A stretch of DNA of 64,000 nucleotides from Iphione sp. A-MEVVRFRX5 (taxonomy: Eukaryota). The position numbers were made by a program, and so were the translations under genes. Within the stretch, counting starts at the first letter, position 1, and each line of letters opens with the position of its first letter. Positions 51,601-64,000 of the stretch are shown here, one piece after another. The stretch is from positions 90,768,001-90,832,000 of the forward strand of contig OZ320316.1 in assembly GCA_976226885.1 (NCBI GenBank), in the 5' to 3' direction. The notes under the pieces were generated by a model, which did not search any database, had not been told where the DNA came from, and saw only the letters and a program-made list of their open reading frames with translations.

Positions 51601-54600
51601 TTTTCATCCTGCCATTTATAACATTTTTTTTCTCTGCGTTAAAACACCTGTAAGCTGTTAGCACCTACCTCAATAACAAGGAGAGCTTCCTCACGCAGTG
51701 CAATGTATTTTTCCACTGCCATATCATAGTACTTCTCGTATTTCTTCACAGCCTCACGGGCGGCCACCATAGCCGCATTGGCCATCGTTGAGGCTCTTGC
51801 GACGACTGTGTTCCACATCTCAGTGCACGTCTCAGTAACGAACCGAGAAACCTCAACACTGAACTTCACTATGGCCTGGTTAGCAGCAGCGGCATATGCA
51901 CCAACGGCCTCTTTAACTTTGGTGTATGTGGCCCTGAAACCATAAACGTATTCATGGAATTATTTGACTATCACGGCTGATATGCGCATTAATTAAAGAA
52001 CCGATATCTAGCTATTCGATTTTGTATTAGATATATTCGAAACCAAAATTGTACATGTACTCACAAAAGGACAATCTTTGGATAACTGATACATACCGCA
52101 GAGCTTCAAGATGCCGTGCACTGGCACGATAAAGGGTTCTCATGTAGAATTCATTCGAGTTGAACATGCTCAGAGTTACCCTCTTCGTGACACGGTAGTC
52201 CTGGTAGAAGCTCCTTGCTTCCTCAGCAAAGTAGCTTGAAATAGGTGCGGTGCTTGGCAGAGCTGTCCTGATTGCGTCTCTCTTGGCTCTGATTTCCTTG
52301 GTGAAGGCCTTAGACACGATCCTGCTGATTGAACCAATCTCCTGACGGGCTAGTTTCTTTGCCTTTTTGGCAGCGAACTGTTTTGGAGAAAATTATAATG
52401 GCATACTTGCATAAAGTTGGTTTGGGAAATTCATGAAAATAAAATTTATTGTATACAGAGCTTGAAGAATACATGTATATTCAAGTCAGTAAAATAATTT
52501 TTTATTATTAAATCGGGGCACCGCCACTAGTGTATTCCTAAGGTCTTACCATTGCCTCTTCGTAGGCATCTGGTCTCCAGTAGACTTTGGTGTTGAGAAG
52601 GTGCTGATCCTTAAGGTTCATTGACATGTGGCCCTCGAGGGTTTCACGACCGTCACTATGGCGCTTAGCCTCCACCACGAGGGATTTGCCATCGATATAC
52701 TTGCCATACATATGGAGCATGTTGTTTGGCTTCCCTATGAAAAACACGGAATGCAAAACAGTCGATATTAGGTATCACATGTCAGAATCAATACAACTTC
52801 GAATGTAATAAGGAAAACTGAAAAATGACACATATAATCCCTACTTGACATCAATACCAGTTGTTTCCAATCTTTTTAGTATCAATGGATGCTCTTCTAC
52901 ATATACATTTTTGAACAATTCTGTAATAGATGCAGCGTGCAACAAACAATTATAAACAATTATAATGGAAATACAGATGAATCTCTGGACACATTTTGTT
53001 TTAAAAACTATATTACTTCGTAGTATAAGGGATACCATTGAGGCATTACTTACGGGGTGAGTAGTACGCCTTCATATCGACGGTCTGTGCTTCTGTGTCC
53101 AGGTTAAGCCTAGCTGAGACCTGGTTCTCCTCATCCTCAGTGGCCACTACGTTGACAGAGTACCCGTTCTCTTGGTCCCTCATCTTTCCGTTCAGTTGCA
53201 GCTTCTTGACCGGTGTTAGCAGCTGTAAATATAGAATATTAAGAAGAATTTATTACTCTGTTATTTTCTTTCTGCTACTCATCTGTCAGACTGCATGAAA
53301 GCCAGTAAAGTAAATAATCAAAGCTGTTTACGGTGTTGACGTATTAATTCAAGATGTTCACCTCAACATTGAGTTGCTTGCGGATCTTCTCGATTTCTCC
53401 GCGAAGACTCATGTTGGTCACCTTGCGGCGAGCCGTCATGTAGTTGATGTCCATACCAGCAGAGAAGGAGCTTGCGGTGTTGGCCATATGAGAGTTCATC
53501 CTTACGTCCAGTTTGCTCTGTGGGTGTGAGAGGCCGAGCTCAACAGAATAGTTGCCAGAGTGATCCTGAACCAGAGTACTCATCACTAGCGTATCGCTGG
53601 AGTCGCCAGTGTACTCAATCTCGGTGCGGCCGGAGTAAATGATGTCATCGATGTTCATGGTCCATTGGTTACGGAGTACGATGTCCTAGAAAATAATCCA
53701 CAACGGAAATAAGCTCATGTAACACTTAAATATGAAAGGGTGGAATTGGTAAAAACACAAGACAATCTGTCAGGTGGTATCTACGATATAACAGGAAAGA
53801 GAAATGGACCTTACCTTGGCCATTCTGGGATGTGAGATGACCAGCTGGTGCTTGTGTGTATTTCTGATGTTCTCGTAGGTATTACGCAAGGTGACCATGC
53901 GGCTGGCATCACGGGCGGCATCCCACTTGGCCACAAGCTCCGTTTCGTACTTCTGGCTGTCGTCTCTGTGTTTCAGCGTCGACTCGACAGCACGGATTGG
54001 CGTGTCCAAGCGGATGCGTGATTCGAAGATGCGGTGGTAGCGGGACTGACGGGAGAGAATATCGACCTCGTAGGAGGCCTTCTTATCCTTAGCCTCGTCC
54101 CAGATCACTTCGAGTTTGTGGGCAAAGCGAACAGCAGACCGCTCGAGTTCCACGTTGATTCCGGTGGTACGGATTGCGGTGATGAAGCGTAGTCCCACAG
54201 TACGCTTGGCTCCCTCCAGCTTATGACGAAGCTCGACGCCGACTTTCTTGTCCTCACGGCGGGTGTCCCAGTGAAGAGTGGTCTTGGCTGTGAAATCTGC
54301 GGGTTCACCGACAAATTCAACATCGATGCTCATCGGGTGAGGCTCAGCCATGGAGAAGGTGACCATCTGCTTGTTACCAGATACTCTGTAGTGATTCTGA
54401 GCATCAAGAACCTTGTTGCCGTTGTAGGTAAGTTGAACATTTGTCTCCACTGAAGCCCGTGCCTTCTTGAAGCCGCCTGACATTGTCATCTCGTTCAGAA
54501 GTCTGAAGGGGGTGCTCAATGTAAGTTGACCGTCGAAGTCCTGAGATGAGCGCAGATTGTAGCTGCCGGCTAACTGAACCTGCTGCCTGTTCCACGTGGC

Positions 54601-57600
54601 AACTAGGCGAGGTTGGTGACGCGTTCCTTCAGGGGCATCGCTCATTTCAATGCTTGTTTCTTCCCAGTTGGTGAAAGGTGTGTACAGTTTGACAAATGCC
54701 TCAACCGGCATTGCATTCTGCTCCCTGTAGATACTGTCAACCTTGATTACCTGGGCGTTTAGGTTTCCTTGAGCAGTGCTCTTTAGATTCTTCCAGTTAC
54801 CTTCCTGCTTGAATTCAGCACCGACTGATTTTACCGCATTGAATGGCGTGTTCAAGTTGAGGGAGACATCTAGAGAGTTAGGTTTCCTGTCAAAGGTCCC
54901 CTTGATGCTTATTGTCTTCTTCGAACCATACGTCAGTGTGGCATCGCTGTCAACAAGGTCTTGTTCGTACACATGGTTGAACTTCAGTGCGGTCTTCTTG
55001 AAACCCCTGAAAGGAGTCATCAGCAAGATGCTTCCAGAGATCTTTGGCTGGAATTTGATGTTAACTTCGGTAGAAATAGCATTATTGTAGTAATGGCCAT
55101 TTGCTTTGGTATACAGACCGGACGAGGACATTTCATGGCGGAAAGCAGCAGAGATCTTCTCCATGTAAGGGATGGTGCTCTCGAGCTCAACGTGACCGAC
55201 TGTGCGGGCATAATTCTTGAAGTCCATGTTGAAAGACATCACACTGGCACGGTTGTGCTTGATATTCAGAGAGGAGTAGAGGGCGCGGCGGTTGCCTCTG
55301 TGACTCATGTCCAAGGTTATTTCACGGACTTCAGCGAAGGGCGTCGCCAAGCGGACTTGCACGGTCAGTGGCTTAAGCTTGTAGTTTCCATCAAGCTCGA
55401 ACTTGCCATAGTTGGAAATAAGCTCAACATTGATGCTGTCGGCCGAATATTTGACATTGACAGACGCATCAGAGATGGCATGGACTGTTGACTTCAATGT
55501 GGCTGCAACCTCTCCACCTCTCATAGCAAATGTTAGATCGGCCTTATGCTGGTTGACCTCGGCATGACACTTGAAGTTCTGAGGTGTTCCCTCATGGTTG
55601 TAGATGACATTGAAAGCCTCCTCCATGAATGGAGTAACAATTCGCAGTTGACTCTCGAAGGTGTTACCGGATAGATGATACTTCACCAAGGTGGACATTT
55701 CCTCTCCTTTGTATTGTACGCTGGCGTAGACAACAAAGTTTCGTCGATCACCCTGATACTTTACAGTGACACCAGCTTCGTGCAGTTTGGTGTGCGGTGT
55801 ATCGAACTTGGTATAGATCTTGATGACTGACGAAGTTTCAACCTTAAGCTCAGCGTCGAGTGCTCGTTGTCCATTGTAGTGGGCCTTTGCAATCGTGTTG
55901 AAATTAGCGAGGGAACCCTTGTGGCTAGCAGTGACAACTATGTCACTAAGTATGGCGAATGGTGTCTTAACTTTGTAGACGACATCTACTTCAGGTTGAC
56001 CCTTGAACGAAAGGTATGAGCTGAATCTCTCTTCTCCGTTGTGTGAAATGCTGGCAGTGCTTGTAAACTGTGTCAGAGAGCCCTGGTGAGAAATAGTAGC
56101 GTCAATATTGTGTGAAGCAGTGAATGGTGTCGCCAACTGCATCTGCACACGGATTGCTGGTTGCGTAGCAAAAACTACTTGCCCATCAAACTTATTCTGG
56201 CCATTGTGGCTGACAACAGCTTTGCTTGTGAACTGGTTTAGTGTTCCCTCGTGAGAGAGAGTGGTGATAATGTTGTGGCCAGGGGTCCTGATTTTCATCT
56301 CACCTCCAAATTTAGGCTGGGCAGCAAAGGTTAACTCGCCATTGAAAATGTTCTGGCTGTTAAGGTCAACAGATGCCTGGCTTCTGAATCTGCGCATTGA
56401 ACCGTCATGGTTCAGAGTGGCGGCAACGCGTCGGGCTGCTGAGAATGGTGTCTGCAGTTGGATGTCGGCCTGCATTCTTGGGTAGGTCTGGATGTCGATC
56501 TGGGCCTGTCCAATTTGCTGGCCATTGTGGTTTACTGTGGCGTGAGTGTTAAACTGGTTAACGTTGCCAGAGTGGCCAAAGATTACACCAAACTGACGCA
56601 GAGAGCTGTAGGCCGTCTTTACCTGGACATTTCCTTCGATGCGTGGTTGATATTTAAAAGTTAACCTACCATTGAATTTCTCGTGACCATTGTGGTTGAG
56701 TGTCAGGGTCTGATCAAGGTCCATTAAATCACCTTGGTGGCTCAGTGTCATCACCACATGGCGTGCTTGTGAGAAGGGCGTCTTCAAGCTGAGCTCTCCC
56801 TCTACGTCGGGTTTGAACTTCAGATTGATCTTGCCTTCATAATTGTCATTGTTGTGCTTTAGTGTCACATCAGATTGGAGCCGACGCCTCCATCGACGGT
56901 GGTTAATGTTCAGCTCAACATTCTTCATCGGTTGCCAGGGTGACGCAATCTTCACAGTGCCGTCCAGACCGTTACGTGCCTTCATATCGACGTCCATTCT
57001 GAAGAGGTTTGCTCCGTAGGTAACCGTCAGCTGATCCTTGAAGATATTTCGCTGGTTGGCACCCTTGAAGTTGACGCGCAGGGCGTCGATGTAAGGACAT
57101 GTAGTATCAAAACGGAAAGAGGCTTCAATGGTCGATGTGCTGTCAAAACTAGCTTCATAACTCACGATGCTTTCTTTGTTTCTTAAGTGTGTTCCAGAGC
57201 TCGAGAAACTGCGAAGGTTTCCATTCATAGTGAATTGGATTTCATGCTCGGCACAATATGGACTGTCGAATTGGACGTTTAGTTCCACGGACGGATTTGT
57301 TTTCAGCGAGGTAGAGGCCTTAATGACCTGTCCAGGAGCATATGTAAATTCAACACTTGATTTTTGGCTGTTAGCATCATCTGAGTGTTTGATGTTCAGC
57401 CTGATGTTATCAAGTCCAATGATGGGTGCTGACAGGCGGAAGTTACCAACAACAGATGGAAGAGTGTGGAAATCGGCGTCGAGGCTTACGGTTGACAATT
57501 CACAGTTGAACTCTGCGTGGGATTTGAATTGCTGAAGGTTTCCAACATGATCAAAAGCAAGGCTGAAGTCTTTCAAACATTCTACATCACTGGTGAAGGA

Positions 57601-60600
57601 AAATGCGCCCGCCAGTCCATTCTGTGTCTTCAACTCTCCGTTAGCGCTCATGGTGAAATGTTCAGCACTTTTTACCTCAATGCGAGAATCGAAATTGGAA
57701 AGATCGCCATCATGGTTGAACTTGATGGTATACATCTTCATGTTTTTAATGGGGCTTTTGAATATGAACTCACCACGCATTGTTGGTGTGAGGGTAAGAT
57801 CAACATTAGCCTCGATCTTTCCACATCCCGCGCAGGTGGCCTCAACGTGAGAACGAAGCTGCCCAGTTTGGCTAAGGTGAGTGAAAGCTAGGCTGAAATC
57901 TTTGATGGAACGGATATCACTAGTGAAGGAAATTCCCCCAGCCATGGATCCGGATGTTTTCAGATTGACCTTCAAGTTTGCGTGGAAGTGTTCCCGGCTG
58001 GCCACATTCAAATCTGTTTTGAAGTTGTCAAGGGGTCCCTCGTTACTGAATGATATGGTGTACTCCCTCATGTTTGTGAAGGGTGTTTGAAGCTTGAATT
58101 CGCCATTCAGTGGTGCACTGGCAAAATCGGCATCAATCTGCACCTTACCACAGTCATCGCATGTTGCCTCGGCGTGGCAGCGGAACTGCATCATGTTACC
58201 TTCGTGGCTGAATGAGGCGCTGAAGCCTGAAACTGACGGAATATCAGTGCTGAACGAGATGGCTCCTCTGTTCTCAGTGCCGATTTTCAGGTTAGCGTTG
58301 CCTTCCATTTTGAAGTGTTCTTTGCTGACAACAGTGACCTGTGTTGTAAAGTCATTGTTAGGACCTTCATGTTTCAAGGCAAAGCTGTAGTCCTTTGCGT
58401 TTGTGAACGGTGTCTGCAGTTTCAGGTTGGCTGCGATGGATGGCGCGGTGGCCAGGTCGCCTTGCAGTTGCATCTTTCCAACGTGGCTGAGGTCGAGCTG
58501 AGCAGCAGCCCTGACGTTAGGGAAGGAGCCGACGTAGCTGAAAGTGGCGACGTGCTTCTCCAAATAACGGAATGGTGTCTCAATGGCCAAGCGTCCGGTT
58601 ACATCTGGGGCAAAATGAAGTTCGCCTTCGGTCTTAATGCCCTTGAAATCATCGGAGTTGAATTCCATTGCGCCTTGTATTTTGCGGCTGTCTACTGCTC
58701 CAGACAAAGACAGTGTCACGTCATTTGCATGCGGAATCGGGGACTGGAAGCGAAGTACAAGATTATTGACCGGATCAGCATTGAAGGTCATAGCCGCGCG
58801 GGTTGAAATGCCGTTCAAGGTGAAGGTGGCCTGTGAATCGGAAGCCATTCTGTTGCCCGCATGGCTGAATCTAAAGCTGATGTCCTTCAACGAGTCGCAG
58901 CTTGTCTTCAGCTCGTAGGAGCCTTCGATTGATGGCCTAGATGTGAAGCTGTTGGTGAGCTGAATGAGGTTGTTGTCGTTGTATGTGAGCAGGCCGTCCT
59001 GGGTGTACCCGTTGTTCGATGTCTTGTGTTCAAAGCTGAAATCCACCTTCTGCACAGCGTTGATACTAACACGCGCCGTCATGTCGGGGGTCATGGTGAA
59101 CTGGATCTCGGCAGTCATGGGGTCCTCTGGTTGCACAGTCAGCAGCACTTTAGAGGTGAATGCCCGAACATTTCCTGAATGTGAGATCTCGAATGTAACG
59201 TCCCTGATTGCTTGAACCGTGCTCTTCAGAGTAAACTTGCCATTTATGTCTCTGAGTGCCCGCAACTCCGCGTTGGCGTCGATGTGTTGGTCGTTCATGA
59301 AGAGGCGTGCAGCAGTATTGAAGCTGAGCAGACTACCTTCGTGGGAAACGACAATGCCGGCCTTCCTTACTTCTCTATAGGGTGTATTTAATTCAAACTG
59401 TACATTGATATTGTCGTTCACGGAGGCGGCCCCATTCAGAATGACCTTCTGGTTGGCATACTGCACTTCGGAGATATGCTTGAAGTTGATGAAATCACCT
59501 TCGTGGTTGATGGTGACGGTCAAATCCTCGGTGAAAGGTGTGGTGAGGCGGAGACTACCCTGGATTCCAGAGTTTGCATTCAACTCGGCGGAAGCAGCGA
59601 TTCTCTGGTTGTTGTATTTGAGGTCACTTGTGGTCCGCAAAGCATACCAAGGTCCATTGTGGGAGAAGTTGAATTCGATGTTCTCGAGGGACCTGATGGG
59701 AGTGACAGCTCTGACGGAAGCAAGGATGGCATCGGCTACTTGAAGAGAGGTGTCTATTTCCGTTTTCTTGTTCTCGTTCAATTGGGCTTCAATATGCGTT
59801 ACCATATTGCGCCAGCCACCATTGTGATTGAACGCCATCTGAAGGGAACGAACATGTGACCAAGGGGTCATCAGAGTGATTTGACCCTGCAGGTCTTGTA
59901 CGCTCTGGAGACTTAGCTGAGACCTCAGGACGATAACCTTGTCTGATCCATAACCGGCCTCCAGTGAACTGATGTACCTTCGGGGACCCTGTTCCTTGTG
60001 GCCAGCCTTCAGTTTCAGATTTTTGAATTCGGTAAACGGACTGGTGAATGAAATGGTTGCATCCAAATCTTCAATGGTTGCTTTAACGATGGCCTCGAAG
60101 CTTACTTTTCCCGAAAGCTGATTGTGCGTGATCTCAGCATTCAGTTTGAAGTCATTTGAGGCGCCTGAAAAGCCTGCATTAGCTGTCATATGTCTCATGT
60201 AGCTGAATGGGGAGACAACTTGGATGTCAAGTGTCTTACTGTTGCCGCCGCGGGCTCGCACCTCGGCCATGATCTTCTGGTTGGCGTAGGTGAATTGTAC
60301 TTTGTTGTATTTAGTTTCAGCATCATTGCGCATAATCACCTGGAGATGTAAGTCTTCGAATCCCCTGAAAGGACTGTTGAAGGAGAGCGACACTTCCTTT
60401 GCAACTGGGTCGTATTGAAGTTCTGTGGCAATTGTTACGTCGGCATGTGAGACAGCAGCAATTGATACCCAAGTATTTGAGACTTTCTTGTACTTGAAAA
60501 TGAGAGACATTGTGTGCTCAGGAGCATCCAGTGCGATGTGGGAATCAAGGAAATCGGTTTCTTTGGTGTCATAATGTCCATTGATCTTTCGCATGTTTCC

Positions 60601-63540
60601 GAAGCTGACGGCGGCAATCTCAAACTTAGACTTGCTGCTGCCATTCATCTCTTCATATTCACCAACGGACTTGATGTTTGAAACTGCAGCGAAAGGAGTC
60701 TTCAGCTCAATGGTTACCTTCTTGTCATCAGACTGGATGTCAAAATCGATCTTCTGTGAATGTCCGAAGTTAAAATCGGTATGCCAGTTTCCTCGTTCCA
60801 TATGATGGTTCAGGGCAAGGTTAAGTGGCTGCATTCCTGGGTGGACCAATTTCATGTTAGATATTATTCGACGTAGTCCATAGACATTGGCCATTGTGGT
60901 GAAAATGGTCTTCTCACCAGAGGTGAGCAAATCAAAGTTGAAATCGTTCTGGAACCGGACGCCCTCTCCCGTGTGTCTCAGGCTGGTCTTCAGGCTCTCC
61001 AAATAGCGTGATGGAGTCTCCATGTCCAGGTCAAATTTGATATTAGGATGGATTGACACAACAGTCTGAATTTGAACCTTTTGTCTTGGAGCATACTCGA
61101 ACTCTGTCTTGGACTGCCATTCATCGCCGACCTTCTTGTGCACAATGTTTAAAGTGACATCCTTCATAAATGAAGCAGATAATGTGGCCTGCGCATTAAA
61201 GTCATCTCCCGAATTGGCAGTGATACTTGAGTCGTAGTTTACGTTATGGAAGTCGCTTGCATAAGCAGCCCTCATCTGGCTTGCGAAGCCGGCACGACGA
61301 ACATTGTGGTTGAACTGAGCAGTTGCACTCTTCAAGTGCGGGCATGGTGTTTTCAGGCCAATGGTGATGTCCATCGCTGGAGCTGGGGTAAAGGTTGTGT
61401 CCAACTGGATCTTGCTGTTCTCTGCATAGTCGAAGGCAAGTGAGTTGATGTACTTGTTACCGGTCATGCTGTGGTCAACGCTCAGCATGAGGCGCTCAAA
61501 GTTTTGGAAGGGGCTGACAAAGCGAATGTTACCTCTGGCATGGTTGGCGTCCGCGGAGAGTTCACCCTCTACTGCCACCTTGTTGGTCTTGTCCCATTCG
61601 AACTCAACATGTCCAGCGAAGGGAGATGCATCAGCCTTCAGGCTTGCACTGGTAGAGAACAATCTGCCTGCAACGTTGATATCTGCTTTGCCGTCGTAGT
61701 TCATGCGGGCTACTTTCATGTCGAGGTCCACATTGAGGAGCTGGGCATTGTTCTTCGATAAAATAAAGGTTCCCTTGGTTATGCCGCCATTTTGTGTCTT
61801 CTGTGCATCTACAGCAAGGCTCCTGACAGCCTCGAAGGGTGTCTCTATCTGAAGTCGTGTGGCTAGTTGTCCACGGTTGGCCGCAGTGTGCGTAAGGTCG
61901 ATCTTGGCCGATTGAGAGTTGGCGCCGATCTCGTAGTTGATCCTGACGTTTGAGGAACGGATGTTATGCGTCCAGGTGGCAATGATGTTCTCAGCATTCT
62001 GGAAAGGTGTGCTGATCCTCAGCTGTCCATTGTTGATGAGATGTTGTCGGCCTGTCTCGTGGATTAGATCAAATGCTGCAGACAAGGTGCGTCCTTGGCC
62101 CAGACTTGCTTCCAATAAGTTGGTGAACTTGTTGCCATTGGTGGTATGTTTTGCTCTGGCGGACATGTCCTCAAAACTGCGGAAAGGTGTCTTCAGGTGG
62201 ATGTTGAAGTCAGCGTCACGCATGTTCCTGCCAGTGAGGAGCTTTCCTGTAACAGACACTTCGGCTTCCTTGTTGTTTACATAGCCACTTGCGCTTGTGC
62301 TCAGATGACCATTGCTGAACCTGTGGCCAAGGGAAACTCCGGCACGGCGGACTGTACGGAAAGGCGTCCTTGTTGAAAGGGAGTATTCCATCAGGTTAGG
62401 GTAGCTGTGCTTACCTGTGATATCGAACTCCATCTTCTGGCCAGAATATACGCCTTCAATATGAGCGGTTACCTGGTCGTCGAGCGTGTTCAGGTTCAGG
62501 GCACCGTTGATAGTTTCAACGAAAGGCGTGCTGATGGTGAGATCGCTCTCAAAGTTCCTCCATCCCGACAGCTTCTTTACCTCGAGGACGCTGCTGATCT
62601 GCTGGCCCTCCTTCCATGAGACGACGATCCTGTTGTTATAGGTGCGATGGTTGTTCATTCCGCTAACGGACATCATGATATCTTCAAGCTTGGGGATGGG
62701 ACTTGTGAATCTGACAGTGCTATCCATTGAGAAGCTGTCGCTGCCCTCACGGATGAATGTCGATTCCGTGTGCAGACTTACCGTCTGACCGGGAGCCCAG
62801 GTTGCCTCGCCATGGGATGTGTACTTATTGTTCCTCTTCTCGTGGTGGAAGGCGACATTGTACTTGCGAGTTGGGCAGATGACGTTTGCCTCTCCCTCTA
62901 CACGGTTATTCTGGTTCATGAATCTACCATTCAGACTGATCTTCTTGGTAGTGTCGCGCTTGGCGTCCCACATGACAGTGGTGTCGTGGTCGAAGGACAT
63001 GGCGTTTGGATCTCTGTTCAGTACAGAAGTCACGGTGATGTATCTGCTGGGGTACTCAATGTCCAACTTCCCACTGGTGGACCTGCCCATCTCATTCTTG
63101 TACTCTGTTGATACGCCAATCCTACGTCCAGCATGCTCAACGCTGGCAGCAGCCTGGAAGTCATCCATGTTGAGGGATGTGCTGCCGACAAATACCGTGC
63201 TTGGAACACCTGGTGGGTTGATTTCGAGGCGAGCATCGTACTTGTTGTTGGGGCTGATGATCAATTCACCGTTGCTGGTGAAGCGGGATGTCGGATGCCA
63301 TTGGAAGGCCATCTCATGAGCGTATCCTGTCGTCTTCTCTTCAAGCTTCTCATGAATAACTATGCTATTGCCTGGGTATGACAGTGTACCGTCGACGATC
63401 ATTGTTAGGGCTGAGGCACTTGGCTTACGGAAGTGGAAATCGAGATCAATTTTCTTAGTCTTCTGGGATGTAATAGAGGCCAGAGTCTTCACCTCATTCG
63501 AATCATGTTTGTGATCGACTTTGGAATCGATATCAATGTT
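48329..63540 (-). CDS. apolpp: Apolipophorin / apolipoprotein B-like large lipid transfer protein (LLTP superfamily), 3' portion; 12 exons, 4183 aa in window; N-terminal part not in window
   Basis: Hand-spliced exons (minus strand): 63540-53815, 53685-53362, 53222-53054, 52734-52550, 52377-52097, 51933-51669, 51401-51302, 50743-50412, 50059-49693, 49525-49311, 49151-48915, 48679-48329 (TAA at 48331-48329). Total 12552 nt. All junctions have AG acceptors and GT donors (one GC), with matching phases 0,0,1,0,2,0,1,0,1,0,0. Domain order is amphipathic beta region, amphipathic helical region, VWD (PPFKAHATLAGRQHYITFDGKHYDFASPCSYLLARDF), then Cys-rich C8-like; this is typical of apolipophorin/vitellogenin/apoB-family proteins. 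Symbol indicates family, not proven orthology. Confidence 0.88.
48915..49525 (-). CDS. von Willebrand factor type D (VWD) domain exons of the apolipophorin-like gene
   Basis: Exons 49525-49311 and 49151-48915 encode HYITFDGKHYDFASPCSYLLARD...VECDLAYDSCTLNVAGWYFGKLAGLFGTYNNEQADD, which are canonical VWD motifs. Confidence 0.92.
49693..53685 (-). CDS. Eight internal exons of the apolipophorin-like gene (end of beta region plus Ala/Lys/Glu-rich amphipathic helical region)
   Basis: Exons 53685-53362 (DIVLRNQWTMNIDD...), 53222-53054 (LLTPVKKLQLNGK...), 52734-52550, 52377-52097 (FAAKKAKKLARQE...), 51933-51669, 51401-51302 (KYVEIALHKASLL...; 100 nt, not in the ORF track, needed to restore phase), 50743-50412, 50059-49693. 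Confidence 0.85.
53815..63540 (-). CDS. Giant 9726-bp coding exon (3242 codons) of the apolipophorin-like gene; tandem amphipathic beta-strand repeats
   Basis: Acceptor tttctcctAG at 63542-63541; donor AAG|GTAAGG after 53815; uninterrupted frame matching the 3240-aa ORF-track entry. Recurrent motif [L/F]x[L/F]xTPF...H.G...F with alternating hydrophobic/polar residues. Confidence 0.93.
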
Positions 63541-64000
63541 CTAGGAGAAAAATTGAAATCAAAACAAACCATGGGAATAATATCCAAATGATACAATTAC
63601 AAACTACTCACAACAATAAAAACTAGAATAGTGTAGTGGTGCGAGTATGGGCTAAGAATAGACATCGGGGTTGACTGTTATTACATAATCTGATGTCTAG
63701 ATATTGTGTAAGGGTGGTCACATGGTTATTCTGGTAACCACTCCAGTTACTTTAACCGAACAACCAATGAGATGGTTGCAGGAATTATTTTTAGTAATGA
63801 ATCTAGACAGAATGTCTAAACAGTGAATATTTTTAGATCAGAAGCCAGACATATGTCTGGGATGTTACTATTGTTAATGTTCTTATGTAATCATGGTATC
63901 ATATGATATCTATAGAAGTATATAAGGAAGTACTTTTTCCTGTAATAAACAGTTATTCTCTCAATTGCACTTCGAGAGAGCACCATTCCAGCAGGCTAAA

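Noticed and set aside
53770-53814. C-terminal VRSISLSCYIVDTT* of the 3240-aa ORF
   Set aside because: Read-through into the intron after the AAG|GTAAGG donor; the protein continues in the next exon at 53685.
54105-63381. Numerous plus-strand and alternate-frame ORFs (60-176 aa) overlapping the giant exon
   Set aside because: Antisense or shadow frames expected from the codon bias of a long coding exon; no independent motifs or splice signals.

Overview
AT-rich eukaryotic (animal, probably marine invertebrate/lophotrochozoan; inference) genomic window with spliceosomal introns; no prokaryotic features. Positions 1-40 kb are intergenic and rich in transposon debris: two Harbinger/Tourist-like MITEs with 3-bp TSDs, tRNA-derived SINEs, three decayed L2/CR1-type LINE fragments, a Penelope-like element (RT + GIY-YIG) ending in a hammerhead-ribozyme-like core, a TIR-bounded pogo/Tigger transposase pseudogene, and mini/microsatellites. 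At 42569-43642 (+) is a single-coding-exon rhodopsin-class peptide GPCR (FMRFamide-receptor-like). Its UGA stop is followed by a further 112 in-frame sense codons (readthrough or alternative-splicing candidate). At 48329-63540 (-) is the 3' part (12 exons, 4183 aa, all splice phases consistent) of a giant apolipophorin/apoB-type large lipid transfer protein. It has a single 9726-bp exon of tandem ~55-aa amphipathic beta repeats, a GC-AG intron, and C-terminal VWD and C8-like domains. Its N-terminus is not in the window. All calls come from manual reading; no database searches were run.
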